The notes under the pieces: model-generated
What the model saw: only the letters and a program-made list of their open reading frames with translations
Databases searched by the model: none
Told to the model about the DNA's origin: nothing
Part shown: positions 38,231-45,734 of the stretch, piece by piece
Position numbering within the stretch: the stretch's first letter is position 1
Layout: every line of letters begins with the position of its first letter
Program-made: the position numbers and the translations under genes
NCBI GenBank assembly: GCA_964494915.1
Contig: CAZBTP010000005.1
Span: 1-45,734, forward strand
Reading direction: 5' to 3'
DNA length: 45,734 bases
DNA from: Candidatus Woesearchaeota archaeon
GTDB lineage: Archaea > Nanobdellota > Nanobdellia > Pacearchaeales > GW2011-AR1

Positions 38231-38803
38231 TCACTCCGAGAGTTCAAGTCTTCTTGATTCAACATTGTCAAATCCCATCGAGATTAATAATCTCTTAGTT
38301 TGTTGATTTCTAACCCAAATTATTTCAGCGTTAGGTAAATACAATTCTGGCGTTACTAATTGTGCTGAATGTTGATCCTTCCCTGCTCTTCCCAACCATT
38401 TTGATTTTGACCAAGATGGTTTGAAAATTAGTCTTTTTTCATAATCTGTCATTTGATAATTCTTATGACCTGCATTCAATGCGATATGCCAATAATCATA
38501 ATCCATAAAAACCCCCTCAATATCTTCGAATGAAAAAAGAACATCGTTTGGAAAATCACCTTTTTTTCTATATTCTTTTCCGTTAGGTCCCTCTGACAAG
38601 ATTCTTCTCCACTGATTCTGATAACCTGTTATTCGGATATCTTCATCAGTTGTACCAACGGACAAAAATATTGGATAAAAACCAACTTCTTTTTTTAACC
38701 ATAAATATGCCTCTTTTAAGTCCTCGTCAGCGTGTTCAGGACTGGCTTTTACTCTTCCATAAACTACACTATCCAAAGATCTGCAATGATGGTATTGTAA
38801 CAT
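38231..38803 (-). CDS. Hypothetical protein, DUF3841-like
   Basis: AYLWL...YPIF...FMDYDYWHIALN; start re-placed at ATG 38803 because the upstream extension runs through a structured repeat. Confidence 0.55.
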   Translation of the reverse strand: MLQYHHCRSLDSVVYGRVKASPEHADEDLKEAYLWLKKEVGFYPIFLSVGTTDEDIRITGYQNQWRRILSEGPNGKEYRKKGDFPNDVLFSFEDIEGVFMDYDYWHIALNAGHKNYQMTDYEKRLIFKPSWSKSKWLGRAGKDQHSAQLVTPELYLPNAEIIWVRNQQTKRLLISMGFDNVESRRLELSE

Positions 38804-38982
38804 AAAAATTAGAGATCGACAAGTATTATTAAATTTATCGAGCCCGAACGCGACTTCTTCGTCGCTTCGCTTCTTGACCACGTTGCGCTCTTCTCCCTTC
38901 GGTCGTTGGGGTATTTAACAGCGATTAAGAGGAAAGCTCGTTGCACCTCGCTCCACCAAAATCCTCGCCATCTTGACTAATA

Positions 38983-39081
38983 TCATTTCAAACCTAATTC
39001 TTTAGCTATGGAAGTCTTTATCTTCCTAGCGATCTCATCTGCATCTTTTGGCAGTTTAAGATTTATTTGTTTCGTTTCCAT
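38983..39081 (-). pseudogene. Short RHH/CopG-like remnant (32 aa)
   Basis: METKQINLKLPKDADEIARKIKTSIAKELGLK. Confidence 0.35.
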
Positions 39082-39139
39082 GGTATTAATAGATATTTCT
39101 GGATATTTGAATATTTCTATGCGTAACCACAATTATTAA

Positions 39140-39313
39140 ATAGTTCATTTTAATAATGAAAGGATGAAATCGAGAGGATATAGAAATATAAAAGCAGCGG
39201 GTGGTTTAATTGTATTACTTGCGGGTTGTCCGTTTGCAGAAGACCCGACTGGTTCAGAATATGATCCTCCTCCGCGTCCTACTACGCCAACAGTGTATAA
39301 TCCTCCGCCTCCT
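39140..39313 (+). repeat. About 175-bp dispersed repeat, copy 2
   Basis: Near-identical to 13414-13587. Confidence 0.9.
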
Positions 39314-39823
39314 GTAGTCATACGTCCTACTACGCCTCCTACCACGCCAACACAGACCCCCCCGACCCAAATCACGCCAACACAATTCTTAGCAATCCCG
39401 GGAGGACACTACTACGGGGAAAATCTTAGAGTCGACGGTTACTCAAGGTTAGGTGATCAAGTACTGTTCGAAAACCATACGAATGACGGACTTAAGAGTA
39501 TATCTTTTGATAGTGACGGATTTCCACTGAACTATGATGACAAACTCCAACGCGAGGTACGCATCTATCCAGGCTATTTCGAAGAGTCAGAAGATGATCT
39601 ATTGACTGTAAAAACTATCAAAACAGGAGTAAACACTCATATAGACTACGATATAAAATTCTTCCTCGGGGATGGCAAAGTCTTCGGAGAAGGGACAGTC
39701 ACAGAAGACTTTATTCTCCAAAGTAATAAGACACTCTACTACGTCGGAAAGAGCAGAATAGTGACAGAGATAGAGGGAGAAATCATAAGCGAAGTCGAGG
39801 GAGTATTATACAAGGGGAACTAA
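39164..39823 (+). CDS. Putative lipoprotein with Pro/Thr-rich linker
   Basis: LIVLLAGC lipobox; PTGSEYDPPPRPT shared with the gene at 13438. Confidence 0.75.
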   Translation: MKSRGYRNIKAAGGLIVLLAGCPFAEDPTGSEYDPPPRPTTPTVYNPPPPVVIRPTTPPTTPTQTPPTQITPTQFLAIPGGHYYGENLRVDGYSRLGDQVLFENHTNDGLKSISFDSDGFPLNYDDKLQREVRIYPGYFEESEDDLLTVKTIKTGVNTHIDYDIKFFLGDGKVFGEGTVTEDFILQSNKTLYYVGKSRIVTEIEGEIISEVEGVLYKGN

Positions 39824-40059
39824 CACCATCCCGCTAAAAATGGAAATGGGCCCCCTTATACTTTTCTGTTCATCCCTGGACTGTGCTATCAAACTTCCCT
39901 TTAAAAAGTCCGTAATTGCTTAGCTTTCTAAAGCTCCGATGATAAAAAACTACTGATTTTTTGCTAAATTTCATCCTTATAGACGATAGTTACTTTACAA
40001 AGCTCCTATGAGAATTCTATAATCGAAAAGCTTAAATTGTTTTTAAGCTTTATTGTGAT

Positions 40060-40196
40060 ATAAAACATACGACATACTCCTATTCGTGGTCTAAGCCACA
40101 CTATGATAAGTCGTTGTAATGTTTTATTTTTGAGAGGAGGCTCTAATCTAAGTAACGATTTCGAAGAGTCATAGCTTTGTCCAGAGTCCTCCTTTC
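40060..40196 (-). ncRNA. Predicted IS110 bridge RNA (target- and donor-binding loops)
   Basis: Two stem/internal-loop/stem hairpins downstream of the recombinase; loop strands match the flanks and the end junction; RNA ends not determinable. Confidence 0.8.
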
Positions 40197-40212
40197 ATCC
40201 ATCATAGGACCA

Positions 40213-41205
40213 TTAATATCTGAATTCTTCTTGATTCTTGAGCATAGCATAGATAACACAACACAATTTTCTTGCGGTTGCACAAATTGCTTTTTGCTTT
40301 CCTTTTTTCTTTGCAAGTTTTTTATAAAATTCCTGCAAAGGGTTGCTTTCTTTTGTCCTCACAATATTCCAGCAAGTTTCTATAAAAGTTGTTTTCAAAA
40401 CTTTGTTTGCTTGTCTGATCAGTTTCCCAAATCGCAAGGTGTTCCCAGATTGGTGGATACTTGGCACCAATCCTGCATAACTACAAAGTTTATCTGCCTT
40501 CGGAAATCTCTCAATTTCTCCGATTTCTGCAATAATATCCAATGATCTTGTTGTACCAATTCCAGGAATTGTCATGAGTAATTTTGCATTTTTGTCAGTA
40601 CAAGATTTTTCTGCAATTGATTTGTCTATTTCTTCTAACTTGTTTTTATGATACTCTAACAAGTCAAGATAGTGCAAGATTATTTTATCATCTGGAAATT
40701 TTTCTCTTATCCACAATATTGCGCTCTCGCATAAAGTTGCATAACCAAGTTCAACTCCTCTTTTTATCAGAATTGCGTGAATTTTATTTTTGATCTGTGT
40801 AGTCTGTTTTACAAATGTTCTCCTTTCCCTTGTTATTTCACGCAATCTCCTAACATCTTTTGGAGGAATGTAACTCTCTGCAATTAGATTTGCTCTTAGC
40901 AAATCTGCCAAAGTTGATGCATCAACCGAATCCGTCTTTATCCTTGCTTCTGCAATTGCTCTTGTTCTTGACGGATTTGCAAGTTTAACTTCATACTTCT
41001 TAGCTTCAAGAATTTCATAGATATATTCCCAAACACACGTGCTTTCAATAACAACTTTAGTTTCTTCTGGTTTGAATCGCTGCATAAAACTTCCAAAGTT
41101 GTTTTCACTATTTGTGAATTTATCCTCGGCTAACTTGTTTCCTTGCTCATCTTTTACAACTGCAACAGTAAACTGTTTGTGTATATCCATTCCGATATAG
41201 TTCAT
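40213..41205 (-). CDS. IS110 family recombinase/transposase
   Basis: DEDD: IGMDIHK, VVIES, KTDSVDA; IPGIG; SYAGLVPSIHQSG; SD AGGAGG. Confidence 0.96.
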   Translation of the reverse strand: MNYIGMDIHKQFTVAVVKDEQGNKLAEDKFTNSENNFGSFMQRFKPEETKVVIESTCVWEYIYEILEAKKYEVKLANPSRTRAIAEARIKTDSVDASTLADLLRANLIAESYIPPKDVRRLREITRERRTFVKQTTQIKNKIHAILIKRGVELGYATLCESAILWIREKFPDDKIILHYLDLLEYHKNKLEEIDKSIAEKSCTDKNAKLLMTIPGIGTTRSLDIIAEIGEIERFPKADKLCSYAGLVPSIHQSGNTLRFGKLIRQANKVLKTTFIETCWNIVRTKESNPLQEFYKKLAKKKGKQKAICATARKLCCVIYAMLKNQEEFRY

Positions 41206-41391
41206 TTTCTTTTGCCTCCTTTCAGCTAATAACTGCTGATTAAAGCTTTCAGCTTTAATCTAATTTTCTAGAATTCTCATATCATCTAAGTAGACACCCT
41301 TTATAGCTACTATAATACAAGAATGACTCCCCGAATTTTCTGTAAAAAAAGTAACCTAAATTAAGGACTTATTTTAAAAAGCCGCCAGAAC

Positions 41392-41407
41392 AATAAATTA
41401 TATAAAG
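41392..41407 (+). promoter_or_regulatory. BRE/TATA promoter for the precursor-peptide operon
   Basis: AATAAA-TTATATAAAG about 25-30 nt upstream of ATG 41429. Confidence 0.55.
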
Positions 41408-41428
41408 GAGGATATTTATTCTACGGTT

Positions 41429-41578
41429 ATGGAAAACCTTGAAAGAACTTTGGAAAAAGTTGAACTAAAGACAGAGGAAGCAAAGCCTTTGACTATGGAG
41501 AAACCACTTTATAAAGGACTCCGAAAGGTGGAAGACAAGCCTTACCTTGGCGGTACGGGCGTTAGGTATTGGATGTAA
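41429..41578 (+). CDS. Putative RiPP precursor peptide (49 aa, below ORF-track cutoff)
   Basis: MENLERTLEKVELKTEEAKPLTMEKPLYKGLRKVEDKPYLGGTGVRYWM; first ORF after the TATA box, 19 bp before the prenyltransferase-like gene. Confidence 0.75.
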   Translation: MENLERTLEKVELKTEEAKPLTMEKPLYKGLRKVEDKPYLGGTGVRYWM

Positions 41579-41597
41579 ATGTGTTCTTAGAGCAAAA

Positions 41598-42482
41598 ATG
41601 AATAATTCTGTTAGCTGGGCTAGTAAGGAGACTGAAGATTTAGTAGATGGAGAATCCTTTAAATTAAAGAGAACGAGAGAATTTGTTTCTAGAAGATTGG
41701 GTGTAAGCGATAATGAGATTATAAAAGAAGATTTAGGTTTTGTTGCAATGCCTGAAATTCTATCCGCTCAGTATTGTGCTCTCTCCGGAAATATGCATTT
41801 ACTTGAAATTTCTCCCCCTTTACAGGCTTTTTTATCCTATGCTATTTCTATTTATGATATTCTTTCGGATAACCATTTGTATAAAAATGGAAAACCAACT
41901 TTTCTAAAGGCTTACGGAAGAGATGCTGTTTTGATTGCGGAAGGAATGTATAAAAAAGTTATACGGGAACTCTCTATGGAATTAGGAAAAGAAGTGTTTA
42001 GGGCTGCTAAAATTGTAGATGAAATGTATTATGGTACAATAAAATTGGACAAAGTAAGGAATAGCAGAATAGTTAGTCCTTCTGAGGCTTTTTTATTACA
42101 AGATAAATTAGCTGGTGAACATGCTTACAACATTGCTGTTTTATCAAAAGCTGAAGAATTGGGCAGGTTTTCTTCTCACCTTGTTAATGCAATGACTACT
42201 CTAGAAGATTTGATAGATCTATTCGGTGGAGAAGATTTTACTGGGAGTAAAACGACCGTACCTATTGCATTTCTAGCTGAAGAGTTTGGTTATGTTCCTG
42301 AAGAAATTCCGACCATCAAGAAGTCCTTAGCAATTAAAAGAACAAAAGAGTATATAAATAGACAAATAGCAAATTGCAGAAGAGCATTGCCTTCCGGTGA
42401 AACATCAAGTAGAGGCCTATTACTAAAAATAGTTGAAGATATGGATAATTTTAATAGGAGATTTCCGGAGGGGTATTTATGA
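41598..42482 (+). CDS. Class I isoprenoid-synthase-fold protein, ComQ-like putative peptide prenyltransferase
   Basis: Degenerate FARM SIYDILSD...KNGKPT..KAYG..AVLI; SARM-like LEDLIDLFG..D....KTTVPI; start re-placed at ATG 41598. Confidence 0.7.
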   Translation: MNNSVSWASKETEDLVDGESFKLKRTREFVSRRLGVSDNEIIKEDLGFVAMPEILSAQYCALSGNMHLLEISPPLQAFLSYAISIYDILSDNHLYKNGKPTFLKAYGRDAVLIAEGMYKKVIRELSMELGKEVFRAAKIVDEMYYGTIKLDKVRNSRIVSPSEAFLLQDKLAGEHAYNIAVLSKAEELGRFSSHLVNAMTTLEDLIDLFGGEDFTGSKTTVPIAFLAEEFGYVPEEIPTIKKSLAIKRTKEYINRQIANCRRALPSGETSSRGLLLKIVEDMDNFNRRFPEGYL

Positions 42483-43138
42483 TTTATAAAATAGATGTAA
42501 AGATTAAGGGATGTAAATCGTTAGAAGACGTAGAAAAATTCATGGAATTAAATAAAGTCAAAATTATCTTTTTTGCCGAGACACATGGTATTCTAGATGA
42601 ATTAATAGTTCAAGATAAGATAATCTCGCAGCTAAAACCAACATGTTATCTTTATGAACTTCTTGAAGAAGAAAAGCTAATTTCCAAAATAGATTTTATT
42701 AGGTTTCTAGAAAAGAAAGATTCAGAGAGATTCTCCATAATTTCTTCTTTTGGAGAATTAAAACCAACCGTTCACATAGCTAAAAAATATAATCTGCCTT
42801 TGATCGGATGCGATGTAAAAGATATGTACAGAAAAATCAAAGACTTTTCAAAAGAGATTGACAAAACTGAAGAAGAAAAAATTATGTTGAAAAGAGAGAA
42901 AAAGCAAATTGAGGTAATTAAAAACTCTTTGATTCAATATGGTATTCCAATTTTTGTTTCAGTAGGGGCTTTTCATTTAAGAAAAGATTCGCCGCTATTT
43001 AAGGAAATTGAATTAAACCATATTATTGTCTATCCTTTAATTGATGATATGAAATTGGAAGATTTAGAAGAGAATTTTAATATAAAAGATTTTAAAAAAG
43101 TTACTTATATAATAGAGTCGGATAAAAATGGCAATTAA
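42479..43138 (+). CDS. TraB/Tiki/ChaN/EreA-superfamily putative metallohydrolase
   Basis: IFFAETHG, YLYEL, LPLIGCD, RE, VSVGAFHL. Confidence 0.6.
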   Translation: MIYKIDVKIKGCKSLEDVEKFMELNKVKIIFFAETHGILDELIVQDKIISQLKPTCYLYELLEEEKLISKIDFIRFLEKKDSERFSIISSFGELKPTVHIAKKYNLPLIGCDVKDMYRKIKDFSKEIDKTEEEKIMLKREKKQIEVIKNSLIQYGIPIFVSVGAFHLRKDSPLFKEIELNHIIVYPLIDDMKLEDLEENFNIKDFKKVTYIIESDKNGN

Positions 43139-44138
43139 ATTGAAAATTAAAGATTCTTTGTATATTTTGAGAGACTCCGAAGATAACTATATCTTTATTT
43201 CAACTGCAACACGAAGGGTAACGAAATTCCAAGTAGACCCACTAGTGAAGGATGTGATTAGTTCTCTTGAATCAGAATCTTTAGAACAGGATTTAGTTGG
43301 GAAACTATCCGGCAAGCATAATGTTCGAGATATAAATTTATGTTTGCAGGCATTAGAAAAAGAAGGAATAATAAGAAAATATGATAAAGATTTAAAAGAA
43401 GGCAGACATCATAGACAATTATTATTCTTAGACGAACTAACTGATTCAAGGGAAGATACCTTGGAATTACAAAACAGAATAGAAAATTCTAGAGTTGCAG
43501 TTTTTGGCGTTGGCGGAATTGGAACGTGGATTGTAAATGGTTTATATCAAATTGGTGTGGGGGAAATAAGAATTACTGATCCTGATTTTGTAGATGAGGG
43601 CAATTTAAATAGACAACTATTTTTTGATTCTGGTGATGTTGGTAAGTATAAAGTTGATGTTGTAAAAGAAAAATTAAAAGATGCAAATATTGTACCTTTC
43701 AAGAAAAGAGTAGAATCAAACCAAAACCTTGAAGATATGATTTCTGGTTGTAATTTCTTGGTAAATTGTGCTGATTCTCCTTCTGTTACTGAAACAACAA
43801 AAATAATTGATAGATATGCCTCTCAAAAAGGGGTTGCATATTGTGTTGCTGGAGGATATAACTTACATTTAGGAATGGTTGGTCCAATTATCATTCCGGG
43901 AGTTACTAAAACCTTTGAGGATTTCATAGAATATCAGAAAGGGATGGACCCATTAAAGGATTTAGAAAAAATAAGAGATATTAGACAAACTGGAAATCTT
44001 GGACCAATTGCTGGAGCAGTAGCAAACATTCAAGTAATGGAAATTTTCAAATATCTTACAGGCAAGGGAAGAATAAACTTGAATAGATTTGCAGAAATAG
44101 ACTTTATGGATTTAGGAATTGAATGGAGAGAATTTTAA
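43128..44138 (+). CDS. ThiF/E1-like adenylyltransferase with N-terminal RRE-like wHTH (MccB/PaaA architecture)
   Basis: VFGVGGIG, DPDFVDEGNLNRQ, DVGKYKV, NCADSP; about 85-aa N-terminal three-strand/three-helix domain ending LEKEGII. Confidence 0.88.
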   Translation: MAIKLKIKDSLYILRDSEDNYIFISTATRRVTKFQVDPLVKDVISSLESESLEQDLVGKLSGKHNVRDINLCLQALEKEGIIRKYDKDLKEGRHHRQLLFLDELTDSREDTLELQNRIENSRVAVFGVGGIGTWIVNGLYQIGVGEIRITDPDFVDEGNLNRQLFFDSGDVGKYKVDVVKEKLKDANIVPFKKRVESNQNLEDMISGCNFLVNCADSPSVTETTKIIDRYASQKGVAYCVAGGYNLHLGMVGPIIIPGVTKTFEDFIEYQKGMDPLKDLEKIRDIRQTGNLGPIAGAVANIQVMEIFKYLTGKGRINLNRFAEIDFMDLGIEWREF

Positions 44139-44223
44139 AAACAAAATAACTAAACAGTGCTCATCTCTGATAGTAGCACTTCACAACAACAAAATATAAA
44201 TACTATTCTCAAGATATTGTCAT

Positions 44224-44850
44224 GTGAAAATTAAAAAGTCAAGAAAGCGCGCACTATATTTTAGCAGTTTATTCACAGTTGCTTCACTGAATCTTGGGTG
44301 TGCGTTTGGTACTAGAAGCGTTAATGTCGCTTATGAAGATTGTGTTTCTTCTCCTTCTGCAACAACAATTGAAAGGGCCGTTTCTGTTGGCGAGTTTAAT
44401 CACACTCTCGAACTAGACAAAAAAGAACGCCCAATAATTGGTTGTGTTAGGAATGGCTACGGAATGCGTACTGCAAAGGTTGTAGCTAGCAATAATCCCA
44501 GTGAATGGGTAAAAGAGGCCTTTGCCAAAGAATTAAGGACAATGGGATATCAAGTTTCAAATGAGTCGGATATACGGCTTAATGGAACAGTTGTAAATCT
44601 TTATACAGATATGTACCTAAATTATGATTCAAAACTTTCTTTAAGAGTAAGGGTAAATCAAGGTGAGAGAGTCCATTATGATAAGATCTATGAAGGTAAC
44701 GCTAAAAAAATAGCTTGGTTTGTGACGCCAAAAGAATATGGTGACGTATCAAATAAAGCACTGCAAGACGTAATGAAAAAGGCTCTTCCTGAGATTGCTA
44801 GAACATTAGATAAACTAATACAAACAAGTAATGATAAACCTAAGATTTAA
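44224..44850 (+). CDS. Lipoprotein, YajG-like
   Basis: LNLGC lipobox; IGCVRNGYG; WVKEAFAKELRTMGY. Confidence 0.65.
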   Translation: MKIKKSRKRALYFSSLFTVASLNLGCAFGTRSVNVAYEDCVSSPSATTIERAVSVGEFNHTLELDKKERPIIGCVRNGYGMRTAKVVASNNPSEWVKEAFAKELRTMGYQVSNESDIRLNGTVVNLYTDMYLNYDSKLSLRVRVNQGERVHYDKIYEGNAKKIAWFVTPKEYGDVSNKALQDVMKKALPEIARTLDKLIQTSNDKPKI

Positions 44851-45517
44851 ATTCCGAAGAACTGCTCTATCTTTTTCTACACTGATAGCGCTGGCATCGG
44901 GTTGTGGCTATTCGCAAAGAGAAATGCCACAAATAGAAACAAATAAGTATGTCTACAAAGTAGAAGAAGGAGTAAGAATCTATGCCGAGCCATTTGATAC
45001 TGAAAAAGAATGTCGAAAAGTTTTCCAACACGACCTAAACAAAAAAGCATATCTCCCTATATTTTTAAGAATAGAAAATACAACAACCCAAGATATTAAA
45101 CTTGACCGAGATAATGTAGAATTTTTCTCAAGCAATAATACGCCTTGGATGCAGGTTCATGGCTCGAGAGTGGCGCGTAGTTATGAATCCGCAGGGAGTG
45201 CTAAATCAACACTTCTGGGATTTCTTTTCGGTGCGCTTTCTGGAATGTTATCCGCGCTTCAAGAACAACAAAACAATTACGAGCGTATCGCAGATTTCGA
45301 AACTAAAGGCTTGAATTCACTAGAATTAATTATCACAGAAGGTAGAGAAGAAGGCTTTGTATACTTCAAAGATAAAAAAGAACGTTCAATGAGTAAGGAT
45401 GAATTTGCAAGCGAGATTGTTAATGGTAAACTATTACTAAAGATATTAATTGAACAAAACAAAACCCGTGCTTATACATTTGATTTTAAAGCCCCTTCCA
45501 ATTGGGAGGAACGTTAG
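44831..45517 (+). CDS. Putative lipoprotein
   Basis: LASGC lipobox; overlaps the previous stop. Confidence 0.7.
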   Translation: MINLRFKFRRTALSFSTLIALASGCGYSQREMPQIETNKYVYKVEEGVRIYAEPFDTEKECRKVFQHDLNKKAYLPIFLRIENTTTQDIKLDRDNVEFFSSNNTPWMQVHGSRVARSYESAGSAKSTLLGFLFGALSGMLSALQEQQNNYERIADFETKGLNSLELIITEGREEGFVYFKDKKERSMSKDEFASEIVNGKLLLKILIEQNKTRAYTFDFKAPSNWEER

Positions 45518-45519
45518 AA

Positions 45520-45612
45520 ATGAAGATTGAAATTGTTAAACATAGTCATAACACTGGCGAAAGTAATATTCACTACCAATTGACGCCGGCATTAGTCCAT
45601 CTTCCATATTAA
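45520..45612 (+). pseudogene. Possible N-terminal fragment of IS200/IS605 TnpA
   Basis: MKIEIVKHSHNTGESNIHYQLTPA resembles the TnpA start that normally continues into K/A-Y-R; diverges immediately afterwards. Confidence 0.4.
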
Positions 45613-45734
45613 TCACTTAGGGCTTTGGCTACTAAGACTATTCCGCCAATAATCATTGCTAAGAATATTAAAAAGGGCAATAAGGGCTTAACCCAGAATA
45701 AGATGCCATAATTTATAAACCATAGATTCTATAT

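Larger units (their letters stand above)
40003..41287 (-). mobile_element. Complete IS110-family (IS1111-type) insertion sequence
   Basis: 13-bp subterminal IRs TATGAGAATTCTA (40007-40019) and TAGAATTCTCATA (41269-41281); CT core at 40003-40004 and 41286-41287. Confidence 0.88.

Noticed and set aside
41547-41597. N-terminal extension of the prenyltransferase-like ORF in the ORF track
   Set aside because: The TTG start overlaps the precursor ORF; ATG 41598 follows the precursor stop cleanly.
1-45734. CRISPR array, diversity-generating retroelement or rRNA
   Set aside because: No regularly spaced repeats, cas or reverse transcriptase genes; the repeat pairs found do not show adenine-specific mismatches; no rRNA-like sequence.

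Overview
This 45.7-kb window comes from an archaeal chromosome. The archaeal r-proteins, RNAP subunits, TATA promoters, compact genes and many orphan secreted proteins point to a DPANN lineage, probably Pacearchaeota-like (inference). The core consists of rpl21e-rpoF-DUF655-rps13-rps4-rps11-rpoD, rpl18e-rpl13-rps9, leuS, a D-2-hydroxyacid dehydrogenase, a XerA-like recombinase, DsbA, tRNA-Leu(GAG) and an intron-containing tRNA-Leu(UAA). Accessory DNA is interleaved with it: TA genes and remnants, a type II R-M pair, surface proteins including a 1,909-aa Cys-rich protein, and a complete IS110/IS1111 element. The best candidate for an undescribed system is at 41.4-44.1 kb. There, an unannotated 49-aa peptide ending ...YLGGTGVRYWM is followed by a ComQ-like (isoprenoid-synthase fold) prenyltransferase, a TraB/Tiki/EreA-like hydrolase and an RRE-ThiF adenylyltransferase, forming a putative archaeal RiPP or pheromone cluster. 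Other highlights: (1) a bridge RNA whose guide loops match the IS's own target and donor junctions; (2) an integron-cassette-like signature around the R-M pair; (3) a displaced, synonymously diverged copy of the leuS 3' end; (4) two lipoprotein genes sharing one 5' module with unrelated C-termini. All family calls are by motif recognition by eye; no searches were run.
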